From the sequence record OP380601.1: a DNA stretch of 64,000 nt. One strand, 5' to 3'. The notes under the pieces are model-generated. The model searched no databases, was not told where the DNA came from, and worked only from the letters and a program-made list of their open reading frames with translations. The translations under genes and the position numbers were made by a program. This document shows positions 1-9,401 of the stretch, piece by piece (position 1 is the stretch's first letter; each line of letters begins with the position of its first letter).

Positions 1-428
1 TTCATCAGGTCCATGATGGATTCCTTAACTGCGATCTCGCGGGCACTTACTTTCGGCTCAGGAGCTTTTATTTCGGCGGCCTTGATTGTTGCAATCATCG
101 CAACCACTTGTTCACCAAGAGCAATCAGGGAGTTAACCACTTCTTTATCCATCCGGCCCACTGCGGTTTCTGCCTTTACCAAATACTTTGCGAAAGTCGC
201 GGTGTTCGGTTGGGCGTAATACAGGTCGCAAGCAGCCTGATTTTCCGGCAGGTCACGTTCTTCGTAGTTGTAAAGGTCGAGATATGCACCGGAGAATTCC
301 GCACGAATCATATCCATCATAGATGTGCAAAGTGCAAGGGCTCTTTTTTGACCGGCCTTAGAAACAAAACCAGCTTCAACCATCTCAACAGCTTCACCCA
401 TCAGAATTTCGAATTTTTCGTTGTTCAT
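1..428 (-). CDS. Hypothetical early protein, runs off the left edge (MNNEKFEILMGEAVEMV...)
   Basis: Hand translation: ATG at 428 after an AAGGA SD, no stop before position 1; not in the ORF track; promoter directly upstream. Confidence 0.8.
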   Translation of the reverse strand, partial: MNNEKFEILMGEAVEMVEAGFVSKAGQKRALALCTSMMDMIRAEFSGAYLDLYNYEERDLPENQAACDLYYAQPNTATFAKYLVKAETAVGRMDKEVVNSLIALGEQVVAMIATIKAAEIKAPEPKVSAREIAVKESIMDLM

Positions 429-465
429 GATTCTCTTCCTTTTCATCTCTCGTTTCGATATGAAT

Positions 466-494
466 AAGATACCAAAAGGGGTTGACCGATGCAA
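466..494 (-). promoter_or_regulatory. Sigma70-type early promoter TTGCAT-17-TATCTT with extended -10 and A-rich UP region
   Basis: Minus strand reads TTGCAT cggtcaaccccttttgg TATCTT; overlaps the terminator hairpin. Confidence 0.7.
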
Positions 495-502
495 CCCCTT
501 TT
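474..502. terminator. Intrinsic terminator after rnl2 (T-tracts on both strands)
   Basis: AAAAGGGGTTG-7nt-CAACCCCTTTT. Confidence 0.8.
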
Positions 503-512
503 TTAATTTATT

Positions 513-1523
513 TTAGAAATTTCCGTCCAGAATGTTCATCCAGTTATCCCGAACAAGTTCCCCTGCAAGGTTGTTCACTGCTTTACCTACATCAGACGGT
601 CGATCTGCATCACGGAGACTCTTTTCTGTGTCCTTGGTGTAATCTTCAATTGCATCTTTGGATAGGTTTCCCGCAACCTTACCAAATTCCTTGGTAGTCG
701 GGATCCCAATCTTACTAAGTACGTTTTTAAGACGATTTACATTTAGATATTCTGCAATCGCATATACCATTTCAAGGTCGGATTCTCCAAGAGGCTCCTT
801 CACCTTAACTGGGTTATCAGATTTACCTTTCTCGGTAAATTTGGAGTTTTTAGATTTGAAGATCGCTCGACCAAATCGAGTATACTCCACATTAGCAGTT
901 TTTGCAACAAAACCCTCTGCGATGTTATCAGTCCCTTCAACCAATCCAAATTTACCAGCCTCGTTTGACGGGATTACTATTGATTGGAAGTCATTAGGAA
1001 GTTTGGTAACACCGTCAAAATCCCCAATATATACCACAGGTGCATGTTTGAATTTATTTTTAATAAACTCCATAACTGCATCATGGTGTAGGTAGTAACC
1101 CGACTCTTGCCCTTCTACGAAAACCATGATATCGAATACGTAGAAATCTTGATCCCCATATTCTACTTCTTTTTGGATCTTCTTACCAGAGGTAAGATTA
1201 CCCGCATATTCCCCGAAAATGGTAATTTGTGTTACGTTATCAAAGCACCACAGTTTAATTTCGTTGAATACTTCCCGAGCCTTTTCTTCATAACGTTTTA
1301 CAATGAGATCCGCTTCAAAGAACTGGTCGAAATCACCTAGAAGGTCGGTTCGCCGTCCAGCTTGTACATGAATTTCATTCACTGCCAGTTGAAAATTCGT
1401 TCCATGAATCTTCTCCATTACTACCCATTCAACTCCGGGGGCGGTGTAGCCAGCCGAAACGAATGCATCAATTACGTTCTGACGATAGTGATTCTCAAGA
1501 GAGTTATATTTTACAAAAATCAT
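513..1523 (-). CDS. rnl2: RNA ligase 2 (T4 gp24.1 family)
   Basis: Motif I EKIHGTNF, EYAG, AEGFVAK, FKSKNSKFTEK; 336 aa. Confidence 0.95.
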   Translation of the reverse strand: MIFVKYNSLENHYRQNVIDAFVSAGYTAPGVEWVVMEKIHGTNFQLAVNEIHVQAGRRTDLLGDFDQFFEADLIVKRYEEKAREVFNEIKLWCFDNVTQITIFGEYAGNLTSGKKIQKEVEYGDQDFYVFDIMVFVEGQESGYYLHHDAVMEFIKNKFKHAPVVYIGDFDGVTKLPNDFQSIVIPSNEAGKFGLVEGTDNIAEGFVAKTANVEYTRFGRAIFKSKNSKFTEKGKSDNPVKVKEPLGESDLEMVYAIAEYLNVNRLKNVLSKIGIPTTKEFGKVAGNLSKDAIEDYTKDTEKSLRDADRPSDVGKAVNNLAGELVRDNWMNILDGNF

Positions 1524-1550
1524 TTATTCTTCCTCATAATTTAAATTTAA

Positions 1551-1856
1551 TTAGTCATAAAATCCAGATTTTTTACTATCACGAAGGTTGCGCTGGATTA
1601 CCGGATCCTTATCGTGACATTCATAACAGTAATATCCTGCAAATACATTTCCGATAAGTTGTTCTTTATCTTTTGCTATACCACAACATGTACATACAAA
1701 ATACTTTTTACCGGTGTTGACAAGTTCACACTGTTCATTCAAAAAGTCAAGTGGTTTGTTTTTAGGCAAAGCCTCTTGATCTCGACCGTTAGTGTTTCGC
1801 CAAATCGATGTACTACATTTTGAAAAATATATGTGCGGGTATTGATCTTTAATCAT
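1551..1856 (-). CDS. Hypothetical protein with CxxC pairs (CTCCG, CYECH)
   Basis: 101-aa ORF coupled to neighbours. Confidence 0.65.
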   Translation of the reverse strand: MIKDQYPHIYFSKCSTSIWRNTNGRDQEALPKNKPLDFLNEQCELVNTGKKYFVCTCCGIAKDKEQLIGNVFAGYYCYECHDKDPVIQRNLRDSKKSGFYD

Positions 1857-2170
1857 TTTTGGTTTTCCTTATACAATTTATTTACAAAATTAATAATTAC
1901 TGGATGTGGTTTACTCACATTAAATTTGTGGTTAACTACTTTTGCTTTGTACCCACCACCATAATAATTTTTGTTTTTAACTTTTTGTTTATGAATAATT
2001 TCACCCAAATTATGGTCGTTCTTCAATTTTCTATCTTGGTCTTCCTTAGAGATAATCAAATTATCTTTTGGGGTTTCTTTCCATTTAAAGAAACCAGTTC
2101 CCATGAATTTATCAAGACCATACGCGATACCAACAGAAACTGCAAGAACTGACAAACTTTCAATCAACAT
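1853..2170 (-). CDS. Hypothetical protein with N-terminal hydrophobic segment
   Basis: SD GAGG; LSVLAVSVGIAYGL N-terminus; basic C-terminus. Confidence 0.7.
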   Translation of the reverse strand: MLIESLSVLAVSVGIAYGLDKFMGTGFFKWKETPKDNLIISKEDQDRKLKNDHNLGEIIHKQKVKNKNYYGGGYKAKVVNHKFNVSKPHPVIINFVNKLYKENQK

Positions 2171-2182
2171 AATACATTCCTC

Positions 2183-2665
2183 TTAAAGGTCAACAATATC
2201 AACAGCAACTCCACCGGCAGCAATGAACGGTTCACGGCTTTTCGCTCGGTCATCTACCAGACACACATTAGGACGGGCAAAAGCGGCTTTATCTTCACTA
2301 CACATAGTATAAAAGAAATTTTCCAGAAGAACAACAGCAACATCGGCAGGGTACACATCAGAGATCCATGCCTTCTTCTGACGAACTACGTTTTCTGGGT
2401 TCTGACGACCAACACTGGTCAGGATACTAACTTTGCGACCACGGCGAACAAGTTCAATCACCAGCGCAACACCCTTTTCCATTACCGGAAGGTGACGATA
2501 AAAATCCCCATTCGCCAGCTCGGCTTTAACAACATCCTTGTCTTCTTTTGCAAGACTATCAAATTTTACAGAGGCACCGGAACCATATACAACATCAAAT
2601 GAATGACACCAATCGGCCTGAACGCCATCCATATCAAACATAAATTCAAATTCTTTGTTCATCAT
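2183..2665 (-). CDS. HAD-family 5'(3')-deoxyribonucleotidase-like protein
   Basis: FMFDMDGVQAD motif I and LVDDR motif IV; start moved to the ATG after the AAGGA SD. Confidence 0.8.
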   Translation of the reverse strand: MMNKEFEFMFDMDGVQADWCHSFDVVYGSGASVKFDSLAKEDKDVVKAELANGDFYRHLPVMEKGVALVIELVRRGRKVSILTSVGRQNPENVVRQKKAWISDVYPADVAVVLLENFFYTMCSEDKAAFARPNVCLVDDRAKSREPFIAAGGVAVDIVDL

Positions 2666-2697
2666 TCTTGATTCCTTTTTGCGTCTCAACGAGATAG

Positions 2698-2726
2698 ATA
2701 ATACCTAATCATGATGTGTAGGTCAA
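2698..2726 (-). promoter_or_regulatory. Sigma70-type early promoter TTGACC-17-TATTAT with AT-rich UP element
   Basis: Exact 17-bp spacer; T/A tracts upstream. Confidence 0.8.
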
Positions 2727-2736
2727 CACTTTTTAT

Positions 2737-2770
2737 AAAAAAAAAAGGTCACATGCTCTCGCTTGTGACC
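2737..2770 (-). terminator. Intrinsic terminator
   Basis: GGTCACA-10nt-TGTGACC stem followed by a T10 tract on the minus strand. Confidence 0.65.
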
Positions 2771-2786
2771 CACTTAGACAAACCCT

Positions 2787-3152
2787 TTAACCGTCTTCTC
2801 TACGCTTTTTACGATCTTTCGATTCGTTTCTTGCGCTTTCCATATCACCAATACGCTTTTCCAGTTCCGCAATCTCAAGTCGGTTCCCCCGATTCACCTC
2901 ATCGATCAAGTCTTTACTGTATAGCATTGCCCTTAGTTGGGCAGTTTCCACCGACTCCTTATTTGGGAGACTTTTAATCTCCGTTCTAAGGTTATCTATA
3001 GACTTGTCCATGTGGGTTGTGATCTGCTCTTTCAATGCAACTTGTCGAGCGTCTGCAATAAACTCATTGTATGAGAAAATTGAGGCCCAAATTGCAATGA
3101 CAACTGATAGTACGGGTAGGGTGTCCTTAAACAGCTTATTGTTTATCAACAT
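2787..3152 (-). CDS. Late membrane-anchored coiled-coil protein (spanin/lysis-like by topology only)
   Basis: TM segment LPVLSVVIAIWASIFSY then helical region; ATG at 3152 after AGGGG; CTAAATA upstream. Confidence 0.65.
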   Translation of the reverse strand: MLINNKLFKDTLPVLSVVIAIWASIFSYNEFIADARQVALKEQITTHMDKSIDNLRTEIKSLPNKESVETAQLRAMLYSKDLIDEVNRGNRLEIAELEKRIGDMESARNESKDRKKRREDG

Positions 3153-3197
3153 GATTATTCCCCTACTTAGGAAGGAATGAGTTCTCATTCCCTACTT

Positions 3198-3218
3198 TAT
3201 TTAGAGTATCCCTAAATA
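3198..3218. promoter_or_regulatory. Back-to-back putative late promoters (CTAAATA on each strand)
   Basis: TATTTAG-AGTATCC-CTAAATA between divergent genes. Confidence 0.6.
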
Positions 3219-3236
3219 ATATAGTATTAGAATATA

Positions 3237-4754
3237 ATGAGAGATCACATGAAAGTTAATGTAAAATTCCATGATTATAGTCATGCTGAAATTGAAACCG
3301 ACCAAGATATTTTTAGAGAATTGAGAGAGTATTATTCGTTCGAAATGGATGGTGGAGCAAGATTCAACCCTAAATTTAAATATGGTAGCTGGGATGGTAG
3401 GATCCGACTATTGCAACCAGATGGCAAATTTCCATATGGATTGGTTAATCACCTAGAAAAATATTGTGCTAAAAATGAATATGACTTTACAAAAGATTCT
3501 GATTTTAATCCAGAACCTAACTTTTTAAGTAGAGAAGAATTTGATGAATGGTTGAAAGACATTCAGATAATGAGTAAAGGGGAACCAATTACCGCACACT
3601 GGTATCAGGCTGATGCCGTTTATTATGCGATCACAAAAAATCGGGGAATACTAAACCTTCCCACGTCTGCGGGTAAATCTCTGATTGCGGCTTTACTTTG
3701 CTACTGGTATATCACGAATTATAGTGGGAAAGTCCTATTAATAGTTCCTACTACATCATTGGTTACTCAGATGATCGATGATTTTAACGATTATGGATTT
3801 ATAAGCCCGTCATTTACTCACGGTATTATGGCAGGTAAGAGAAAAGATTCTGAATGTCCGATCTATGTTTCTACTTGGCAAAGTGCTTCTAAGCAACCAG
3901 CCCATTGGTTTAAACAGTTTGGTATGCTTATTATTGACGAATGTCACAACGTAGGATCTGAGATAAAAGGTATCATAACTAACTTAAACGAATGTCCATT
4001 TAAGTTTGGTATGAGCGGATCACTTAAAGACGGCAAATGTAATATTATGTCGTATGTTGGATTGTTCGGTGACGTATATAAGCCAGTAAGTACAAAACAA
4101 CTTATGGAAGAGGGACAAGTAACAGACCTAAAAATAAATTGCCTGTTCTTGAGATATCCCAAAGAGGATTGCGTTGTTACTAAGGGTATCGAATATCAGC
4201 AAGAAGTAACGTTTATGGAGGAACATACAAAGAGAAATGCGTTTGTATGTAAGTTGGCTCTAAAATTAAGTAAGGTAAATAATGAAAATACCTTAATACT
4301 GTTTAGACATAAAGCCCATGGAAAGAAACTTTATGAAGCACTATGTAAGAAGCACGATAAAGTGTTCTTTGCTAATGGTGATACCAAAACCGTAGACAGA
4401 GATGCCCTTAAAGTTGCTGCGGAAGCTGGGGACGGGATTATTATTGTTGCTTCTTATGGTATATTTGCAACTGGTATTTCTATAAAGAAACTACACCATG
4501 TTATATTTGGCTCTGGTTTAAAATCTAAAGTATTAACGTTACAATCAATCGGGCGAGTTTTAAGAAAGCATGATTCTAAACTGATTGCTCACTTGTGGGA
4601 TATTATAGATAACTTATGTACGGAATCGAAAAATAGTAAACCTGGTTCTGTGAAGTACAACCACAAAAACTTTTTGTACAAACATGGATTGAATCGTATT
4701 GAACGGTACAACTCCGAACACTTCGAATACCAAATTAAAGAGGTCATATTGTGA
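3237..4754 (+). CDS. uvsW: UvsW SF2 DNA helicase
   Basis: LPTSAGKS, IIDECH, GMSGSL, LQSIGRVLR; 505 aa. Confidence 0.97.
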   Translation: MRDHMKVNVKFHDYSHAEIETDQDIFRELREYYSFEMDGGARFNPKFKYGSWDGRIRLLQPDGKFPYGLVNHLEKYCAKNEYDFTKDSDFNPEPNFLSREEFDEWLKDIQIMSKGEPITAHWYQADAVYYAITKNRGILNLPTSAGKSLIAALLCYWYITNYSGKVLLIVPTTSLVTQMIDDFNDYGFISPSFTHGIMAGKRKDSECPIYVSTWQSASKQPAHWFKQFGMLIIDECHNVGSEIKGIITNLNECPFKFGMSGSLKDGKCNIMSYVGLFGDVYKPVSTKQLMEEGQVTDLKINCLFLRYPKEDCVVTKGIEYQQEVTFMEEHTKRNAFVCKLALKLSKVNNENTLILFRHKAHGKKLYEALCKKHDKVFFANGDTKTVDRDALKVAAEAGDGIIIVASYGIFATGISIKKLHHVIFGSGLKSKVLTLQSIGRVLRKHDSKLIAHLWDIIDNLCTESKNSKPGSVKYNHKNFLYKHGLNRIERYNSEHFEYQIKEVIL

Positions 4755-5026
4755 TGGATTTTAAAGATTATCTTCTTCTTAAAGAAGAAGTTGAAGAAGA
4801 GGTAGAGGGTTCTGACAAGCCTTCTGTTAGCATAGAAAAGTTTTTGGGTAAGATTATGTCTTGTCTAACCCCAAAAGGTCTTGATGAACTTGAGAGTTAT
4901 TACAAATCTCGTGTAAAAAACGTTACTATTTCAGACACGGACGACATTCAAATTCGAGATGCAATAGATGGTCGCCGTGAAGCGTTTGCATCTGAAGAAA
5001 GTGGTGAAGAAGTAGAAGACTTCTAA
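4754..5026 (+). CDS. uvsW.1: UvsW.1
   Basis: Position; FLGKIMSCLTPKGLDELESYY...ISDTDDIQIRDAI. Confidence 0.85.
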   Translation: MDFKDYLLLKEEVEEEVEGSDKPSVSIEKFLGKIMSCLTPKGLDELESYYKSRVKNVTISDTDDIQIRDAIDGRREAFASEESGEEVEDF

Positions 5027-5027
5027 T

Positions 5028-5062
5028 AAAAATCCCAAGAGAATTAATCTCTTGGGATTTTT
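5028..5062. terminator. Bidirectional terminator between convergent uvsW.1 and uvsY
   Basis: 15-bp stem AAAAATCCCAAGAGA/TCTCTTGGGATTTTT. Confidence 0.9.
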
Positions 5063-5063
5063 T

Positions 5064-5480
5064 TTATTTTATACCAGCCATAAGAGCTTGATGATCTATG
5101 ATTGCGCGGATACTAAATCCTCTTTGTCTAACTGATTCGATAGCACCATCACAAAATTTGATCATTACATCAATATAATCTACTTTCTTGTTAGATTTCA
5201 TAACTTCATCTTCTGCGGGTATGATAACTTTTAATTCCGTAGAACTAAACTCAAACATACACACATCATCACCGCGACCGGTATTATGCATTAGGCTATC
5301 CCGAGTAACGGTTATCCGTTCGGCTTCCAACCCAATTCGTTGACGACATAGATCCGCTTTATACTTAATCCACTTCCCATAGATTACAGGATTACTCACA
5401 GCCGCACTTTGGATATTAGTCCTATCGATAATAAGGTCTTTCTCCAATTCTTCCTGTAATGATTCTAATGAATGACTCAC
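5064..5480 (-). CDS. uvsY: UvsY recombination mediator
   Basis: LEKDLIIDRTNIQ, YGKWIKY, RQRGFSIRAII; 138 aa. Confidence 0.93.
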   Translation of the reverse strand: MSHSLESLQEELEKDLIIDRTNIQSAAVSNPVIYGKWIKYKADLCRQRIGLEAERITVTRDSLMHNTGRGDDVCMFEFSSTELKVIIPAEDEVMKSNKKVDYIDVMIKFCDGAIESVRQRGFSIRAIIDHQALMAGIK

Positions 5481-5650
5481 AGAATTTGTACCTGTTCAAG
5501 TTCTTTACCAATATCGGATTCACTAAGATGTGGGGTCTTTGACTTTTCATCATAAAAAGATAGACACACACCGGTATGAACAATTCCATGTGGGGTCATA
5601 GCAACTTCGTGGGCTTTTACTTCTTGTTTACAAACAATACACTTATCCAT
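5477..5650 (-). CDS. uvsY.-2: UvsY.-2 homolog, 57 aa (MDKCIVCKQEV...GIVHTGVC)
   Basis: Hand translation; CxxC...H...C pattern and position as in T4; stop overlaps the uvsY GTG. Confidence 0.85.
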   Translation of the reverse strand: MDKCIVCKQEVKAHEVAMTPHGIVHTGVCLSFYDEKSKTPHLSESDIGKELEQVQIL

Positions 5651-5694
5651 TATAGATCCTCTTTTATTTTGGGGGATTATCTCCCCCCTTTATA

Positions 5695-7590
5695 TTATTT
5701 AGTGCCATCAAAGTATAAACAAAAATCAGTAGGGCGAGTAACCCCAACATATACTAACTGTTGTTTAAGTTCTTCGTCTGCATAATGTATATCATGTAAT
5801 GCCAACCAAACACCTTTAACCGTACTACCTTGGCTCTTGTGAATTGTAGATGCCCCTAGAGATTTAGTCTCTATAAACATCTTTTTAGCAGCCCAAAATG
5901 ACTTCCAAGCGGAACGTTGATTTCCACCCTTACCCATTTGTTTAATAATTCCCGCTGATTCACTTAGTTGATATTCGAATTCAAGTTCGGATTCAGATCC
6001 ATACAACACACAAAAATCGTGTTTAATACCGGAATAATCAGAAGATACTGACAATTTAGCAGCACTAACTTTAAACTCGGGAGATCCGTCAATTCGAATA
6101 GTCCTATCGAATACATCAATTCCATCGATAGTTACAACTTCACCATTTGTATAAATTGTTTCAATAGTATCATCATCATATTCCACCATTACCGGCTCTT
6201 GAAGAACTATTTTCTCTCCCTCAATAAACGGTAGCTTGGTTTTATATACATGTTCCCGAACAATTGAATTAACCTTATTTACAACTTTATTCGTGTATGC
6301 CAAAAAACGATACTTAGTTAGATCTTCTGGGGTCTTCACTGCACGAAGATATGAATTAACAAGGTCGGTAATACCCGAAACTTTATAGACCCCAGTTTTG
6401 GTATCCCTATTCCAATTTGGCTCAATCCAACCGCCTTCACGGATCTTAGTTGCAACCTGAATAATGGGGTTATCAAGTGATTGTCTCATAATATCAGTAA
6501 GTCTGATTTGTGAGAATCTAGGATCTGTAAAATACGGACTAAGTTCACCTTGAGCATGTTCAACCGGTTGAATTTGGTCCTTATCTCCTATTGCGATTAT
6601 ACGACAAGTTGGAGGGATTGATTTCATAGTGATTTTGAACAAGGTTTTTGAATGCATTGACGCTTCTTCAATGATCAAATAACGAATACTACTCAAATCC
6701 GGTAATTTGCTTTGGTCGAATATTTGAATATCTTCCAGAGTTTCTGGATGGATTTTCATCAAACTATGGATCGTACATGCTTCAATCCCAGACATTTCGG
6801 TTAATACAATTTTGGCTTGGTGTGTTGGTGCGGCAAGAACCGTACCCAATTCATCACCCAACATCTTTATAAGATATTTCACCAAGAAAGTTTTTCCACT
6901 ACCGGGAGGACCGGAAATAGTTATATGTCCGGTCTCGTTTTTAACTGCATCTACTGCCATATTTTGGCTAGGGGTTAGTGTGATTTCACTCTCGCTCTCA
7001 TCCTTTTCCTTCTCTTCTACTTGTTCTATAAGTTTTTTATGTAGGTTTTCTGAGGCTTCTTTAACGTCATCAGGAAGCCCTTTTGTATCAGTACACAACA
7101 TTCTGGCCCAATCCCACCCGAGGGTGTATGCAATTGATTGTGGTTTATCTTTATTGCCAAATGGGCGTTTTGCTTCTCTAAGAAACTTAGACAGTTTCCC
7201 ATCATAATAAAAATCTTTAGATTCATCTTCATGGAAGAAGTGAGAAGCTATCGTATTCAATCGATCAAGTTCACACCATTCTGGCTGACGGCGATTCATT
7301 ACCTCTTTCCAGTAGTCATCCCGAGACATACCAACGGTATTCATATATTCACATTCGTAAACTTCAATAAGAGTTTCTTTGATCCCACTTTCTACAAAGA
7401 AAGGAGTTCCAAACTCAGTTGTATGCCATTGATCCATTAGGTCTTTAATTTCATAGATAGCACCAAAATCTTCGTCATATTCCACTTCAAATGGAATATG
7501 CCAATACAAAGCCCCACGAAGTTCATCATGTTTAGTTATAAATTCATTGAAATATTCTACGTTCTTGAATTTGAATTTACGAACACTCAT
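5695..7590 (-). CDS. dda: Dda SF1B helicase with ~200-aa N-terminal extension (631 aa)
   Basis: SGPPGSGKT, LIIEEASM, IGDKDQIQPV, STIHKSQGST, YVGVTR; start at ATG 7590 after AAGGAG. Confidence 0.93.
   Translation of the reverse strand: MSVRKFKFKNVEYFNEFITKHDELRGALYWHIPFEVEYDEDFGAIYEIKDLMDQWHTTEFGTPFFVESGIKETLIEVYECEYMNTVGMSRDDYWKEVMNRRQPEWCELDRLNTIASHFFHEDESKDFYYDGKLSKFLREAKRPFGNKDKPQSIAYTLGWDWARMLCTDTKGLPDDVKEASENLHKKLIEQVEEKEKDESESEITLTPSQNMAVDAVKNETGHITISGPPGSGKTFLVKYLIKMLGDELGTVLAAPTHQAKIVLTEMSGIEACTIHSLMKIHPETLEDIQIFDQSKLPDLSSIRYLIIEEASMHSKTLFKITMKSIPPTCRIIAIGDKDQIQPVEHAQGELSPYFTDPRFSQIRLTDIMRQSLDNPIIQVATKIREGGWIEPNWNRDTKTGVYKVSGITDLVNSYLRAVKTPEDLTKYRFLAYTNKVVNKVNSIVREHVYKTKLPFIEGEKIVLQEPVMVEYDDDTIETIYTNGEVVTIDGIDVFDRTIRIDGSPEFKVSAAKLSVSSDYSGIKHDFCVLYGSESELEFEYQLSESAGIIKQMGKGGNQRSAWKSFWAAKKMFIETKSLGASTIHKSQGSTVKGVWLALHDIHYADEELKQQLVYVGVTRPTDFCLYFDGTK
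5696..5702 (-). promoter_or_regulatory. Putative late promoter CTAAATA overlapping the dda stop
   Basis: ACT AAA TAA, directed at uvsY.-2/uvsY. Confidence 0.5.
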
Positions 7591-7603
7591 AAATATTATC
7601 TCC

Positions 7604-7780
7604 TTAACGATATACGTTGAAGTGGATAACGTTACCGTATGAATCCACAAAAGTATTTGGGTTGAATTTGGTCGGAACAATCCCAACTACGGGAATTCCT
7701 AGAGATTCAAAATCGATATTACCATCTGAATCCAGTTCAACGTCAACAACTTTACCCATGTATGAGATATAACCTTTCAT
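7604..7780 (-). CDS. Hypothetical 58-aa protein (MKGYISYMGKVVDVELDSDG...)
   Basis: Hand translation; GAGG SD; below ORF-track cutoff. Confidence 0.7.
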   Translation of the reverse strand: MKGYISYMGKVVDVELDSDGNIDFESLGIPVVGIVPTKFNPNTFVDSYGNVIHFNVYR

Positions 7781-7812
7781 AATTAATATATTCCTCTTTT
7801 AATGTATGGGGG

Positions 7813-7842
7813 ATTTTACTCCCCCCTGATATATACTGTCAA
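7813..7842 (-). promoter_or_regulatory. Sigma70-type promoter TTGACA-18-TAAAAT
   Basis: Consensus -35 overlaps the ligase stop; -10 lies in a hairpin loop. Confidence 0.55.
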
Positions 7843-9398
7843 CTGTTTATCACAAAAACATCTTCATAGCGGTTTGCTTTGTTTTTGTCCCAACGCAACT
7901 TTTTAATGATTGGTAAGAAGAAACTAAACTCAGGATCCCCTGATTTGCGGGTCTTTGATGTAGTTGGGGCGTTAACCTCACATTCTACGATCATATCATC
8001 AAGTTCACCATCTCTGTACATCTGCATTAGCTTTTCACGGTCTAATTCATCCCGTTCTTCCAAGGGGATATAGATCTCGATAAACTGTCCACCTTTATCC
8101 TCAAATCTTTCCAGATCTGGATTATTAAAAATGTCAACAGCACTATAAGATTTTCTGTGAGTGGTATCAGTAAGACCACTACCACCCCGAGTCTGGATTG
8201 TACCACAATCCGAAACCATAATGAAACCCCCAACTTTGTTAGGATCCTTATCGTGCGGATATGCTTCAACGATTTGAAGATCAAAAGGATATTTTTCCTT
8301 AAATTTAACAAAAAGTTTACTTCGTTTGTCTTCCCACAAAGAATCCCCATGTTTCAGAATGATACCTTCATATCCATCTTGAACATATGCCTGATAAACT
8401 CGGCGAACATCTTCAATCGTTTTAACTGGGGTTGATTCAATGATCTGAATACAATCATCATCGATTTTACTCAAGAAGTCAATAAGTATTTTTCGGCGTT
8501 TTTGTTGAGTTAGATCAGGAGGACAAGGAACTTCACCATAATAAACATTTCTAGGAACAATGTCCCACACCTGATATACAACCCGATCCGCATCTTCCGG
8601 AGAGATACTAGCCTTAAGCGATTTGTTCATGATCCCATTACCGGATTCACGATCAAAAACAGTTTTGTATTTATTACTCTTGGATAGTTCAATTTCTTCA
8701 ACGTCACCCATAAGTACAGCCATAACATCGATTTCTACCGAGTTAGATTCACGTACAACGAATTCCCCATCAAGAACCCAACCATGGGCTTCCATTTTAT
8801 CAATCGCTCTCATAATGCGATCTAGACCGGTATACTCATTGGAGCTACGGGTGTAAAAGTTTACACCACCTACAGATGAGTGTCCGGAGATATCGCCAAA
8901 ACCACGGGCTCCATCTGCTTTCAGTTCCGCATATGCATTACCAAGCTTTAGAATCTTCTGAATTAGTTTGGGGTCTTCTGGACTACTCAACATCTGAGGT
9001 TGTTCTTTAACCAATCCTTTCCACACCTTATTGATGGTACTCACGTTGATCCCGATATCCAGATCTCCCGTAACAATACGGCGAACAACTTCCGCATCAT
9101 CTTCAGTCGCACAACTAATCATTTCTTTAAGTTCGTCTATTGCAGCGTGTCCAGTTACTGCCCGAGTTGCAAATCTATTTTCTAATTGAGTTAACATATT
9201 TTCTAGGCTATTTCTAACCATAAGAATAGATTGTTCCCATTTTGGGAAAGTCTTTTTACTAATTCCAAAAGTAATTTGTTTGCTATATGTCATTAAACAA
9301 ACTTTTTTCAGAATATGATTTCTTTCTTGCGACTTCAGAACTTCCAGTTTTGCACTACCACGGGCGGAATTAATTTCATTAAGAATTTTCAGGATCAT
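7839..9398 (-). CDS. gp30: ATP-dependent DNA ligase
   Basis: ELKADGARG (KxDG), VLDGEF, YEGIILK, FVKFKE. Confidence 0.96.
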   Translation of the reverse strand: MILKILNEINSARGSAKLEVLKSQERNHILKKVCLMTYSKQITFGISKKTFPKWEQSILMVRNSLENMLTQLENRFATRAVTGHAAIDELKEMISCATEDDAEVVRRIVTGDLDIGINVSTINKVWKGLVKEQPQMLSSPEDPKLIQKILKLGNAYAELKADGARGFGDISGHSSVGGVNFYTRSSNEYTGLDRIMRAIDKMEAHGWVLDGEFVVRESNSVEIDVMAVLMGDVEEIELSKSNKYKTVFDRESGNGIMNKSLKASISPEDADRVVYQVWDIVPRNVYYGEVPCPPDLTQQKRRKILIDFLSKIDDDCIQIIESTPVKTIEDVRRVYQAYVQDGYEGIILKHGDSLWEDKRSKLFVKFKEKYPFDLQIVEAYPHDKDPNKVGGFIMVSDCGTIQTRGGSGLTDTTHRKSYSAVDIFNNPDLERFEDKGGQFIEIYIPLEERDELDREKLMQMYRDGELDDMIVECEVNAPTTSKTRKSGDPEFSFFLPIIKKLRWDKNKANRYEDVFVINS

Positions 9399-9401
9399 AT
9401 A

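Noticed and set aside
5528-5597. Duplicated ATGTGGGGTC
   Set aside because: Encodes two TPH peptides within uvsY.-2; too short to imply a regulatory repeat
5695-7686. Track start of dda at 7686
   Set aside because: That region belongs to a separate 58-aa ORF in another frame; the AAGGAG SD supports ATG 7590
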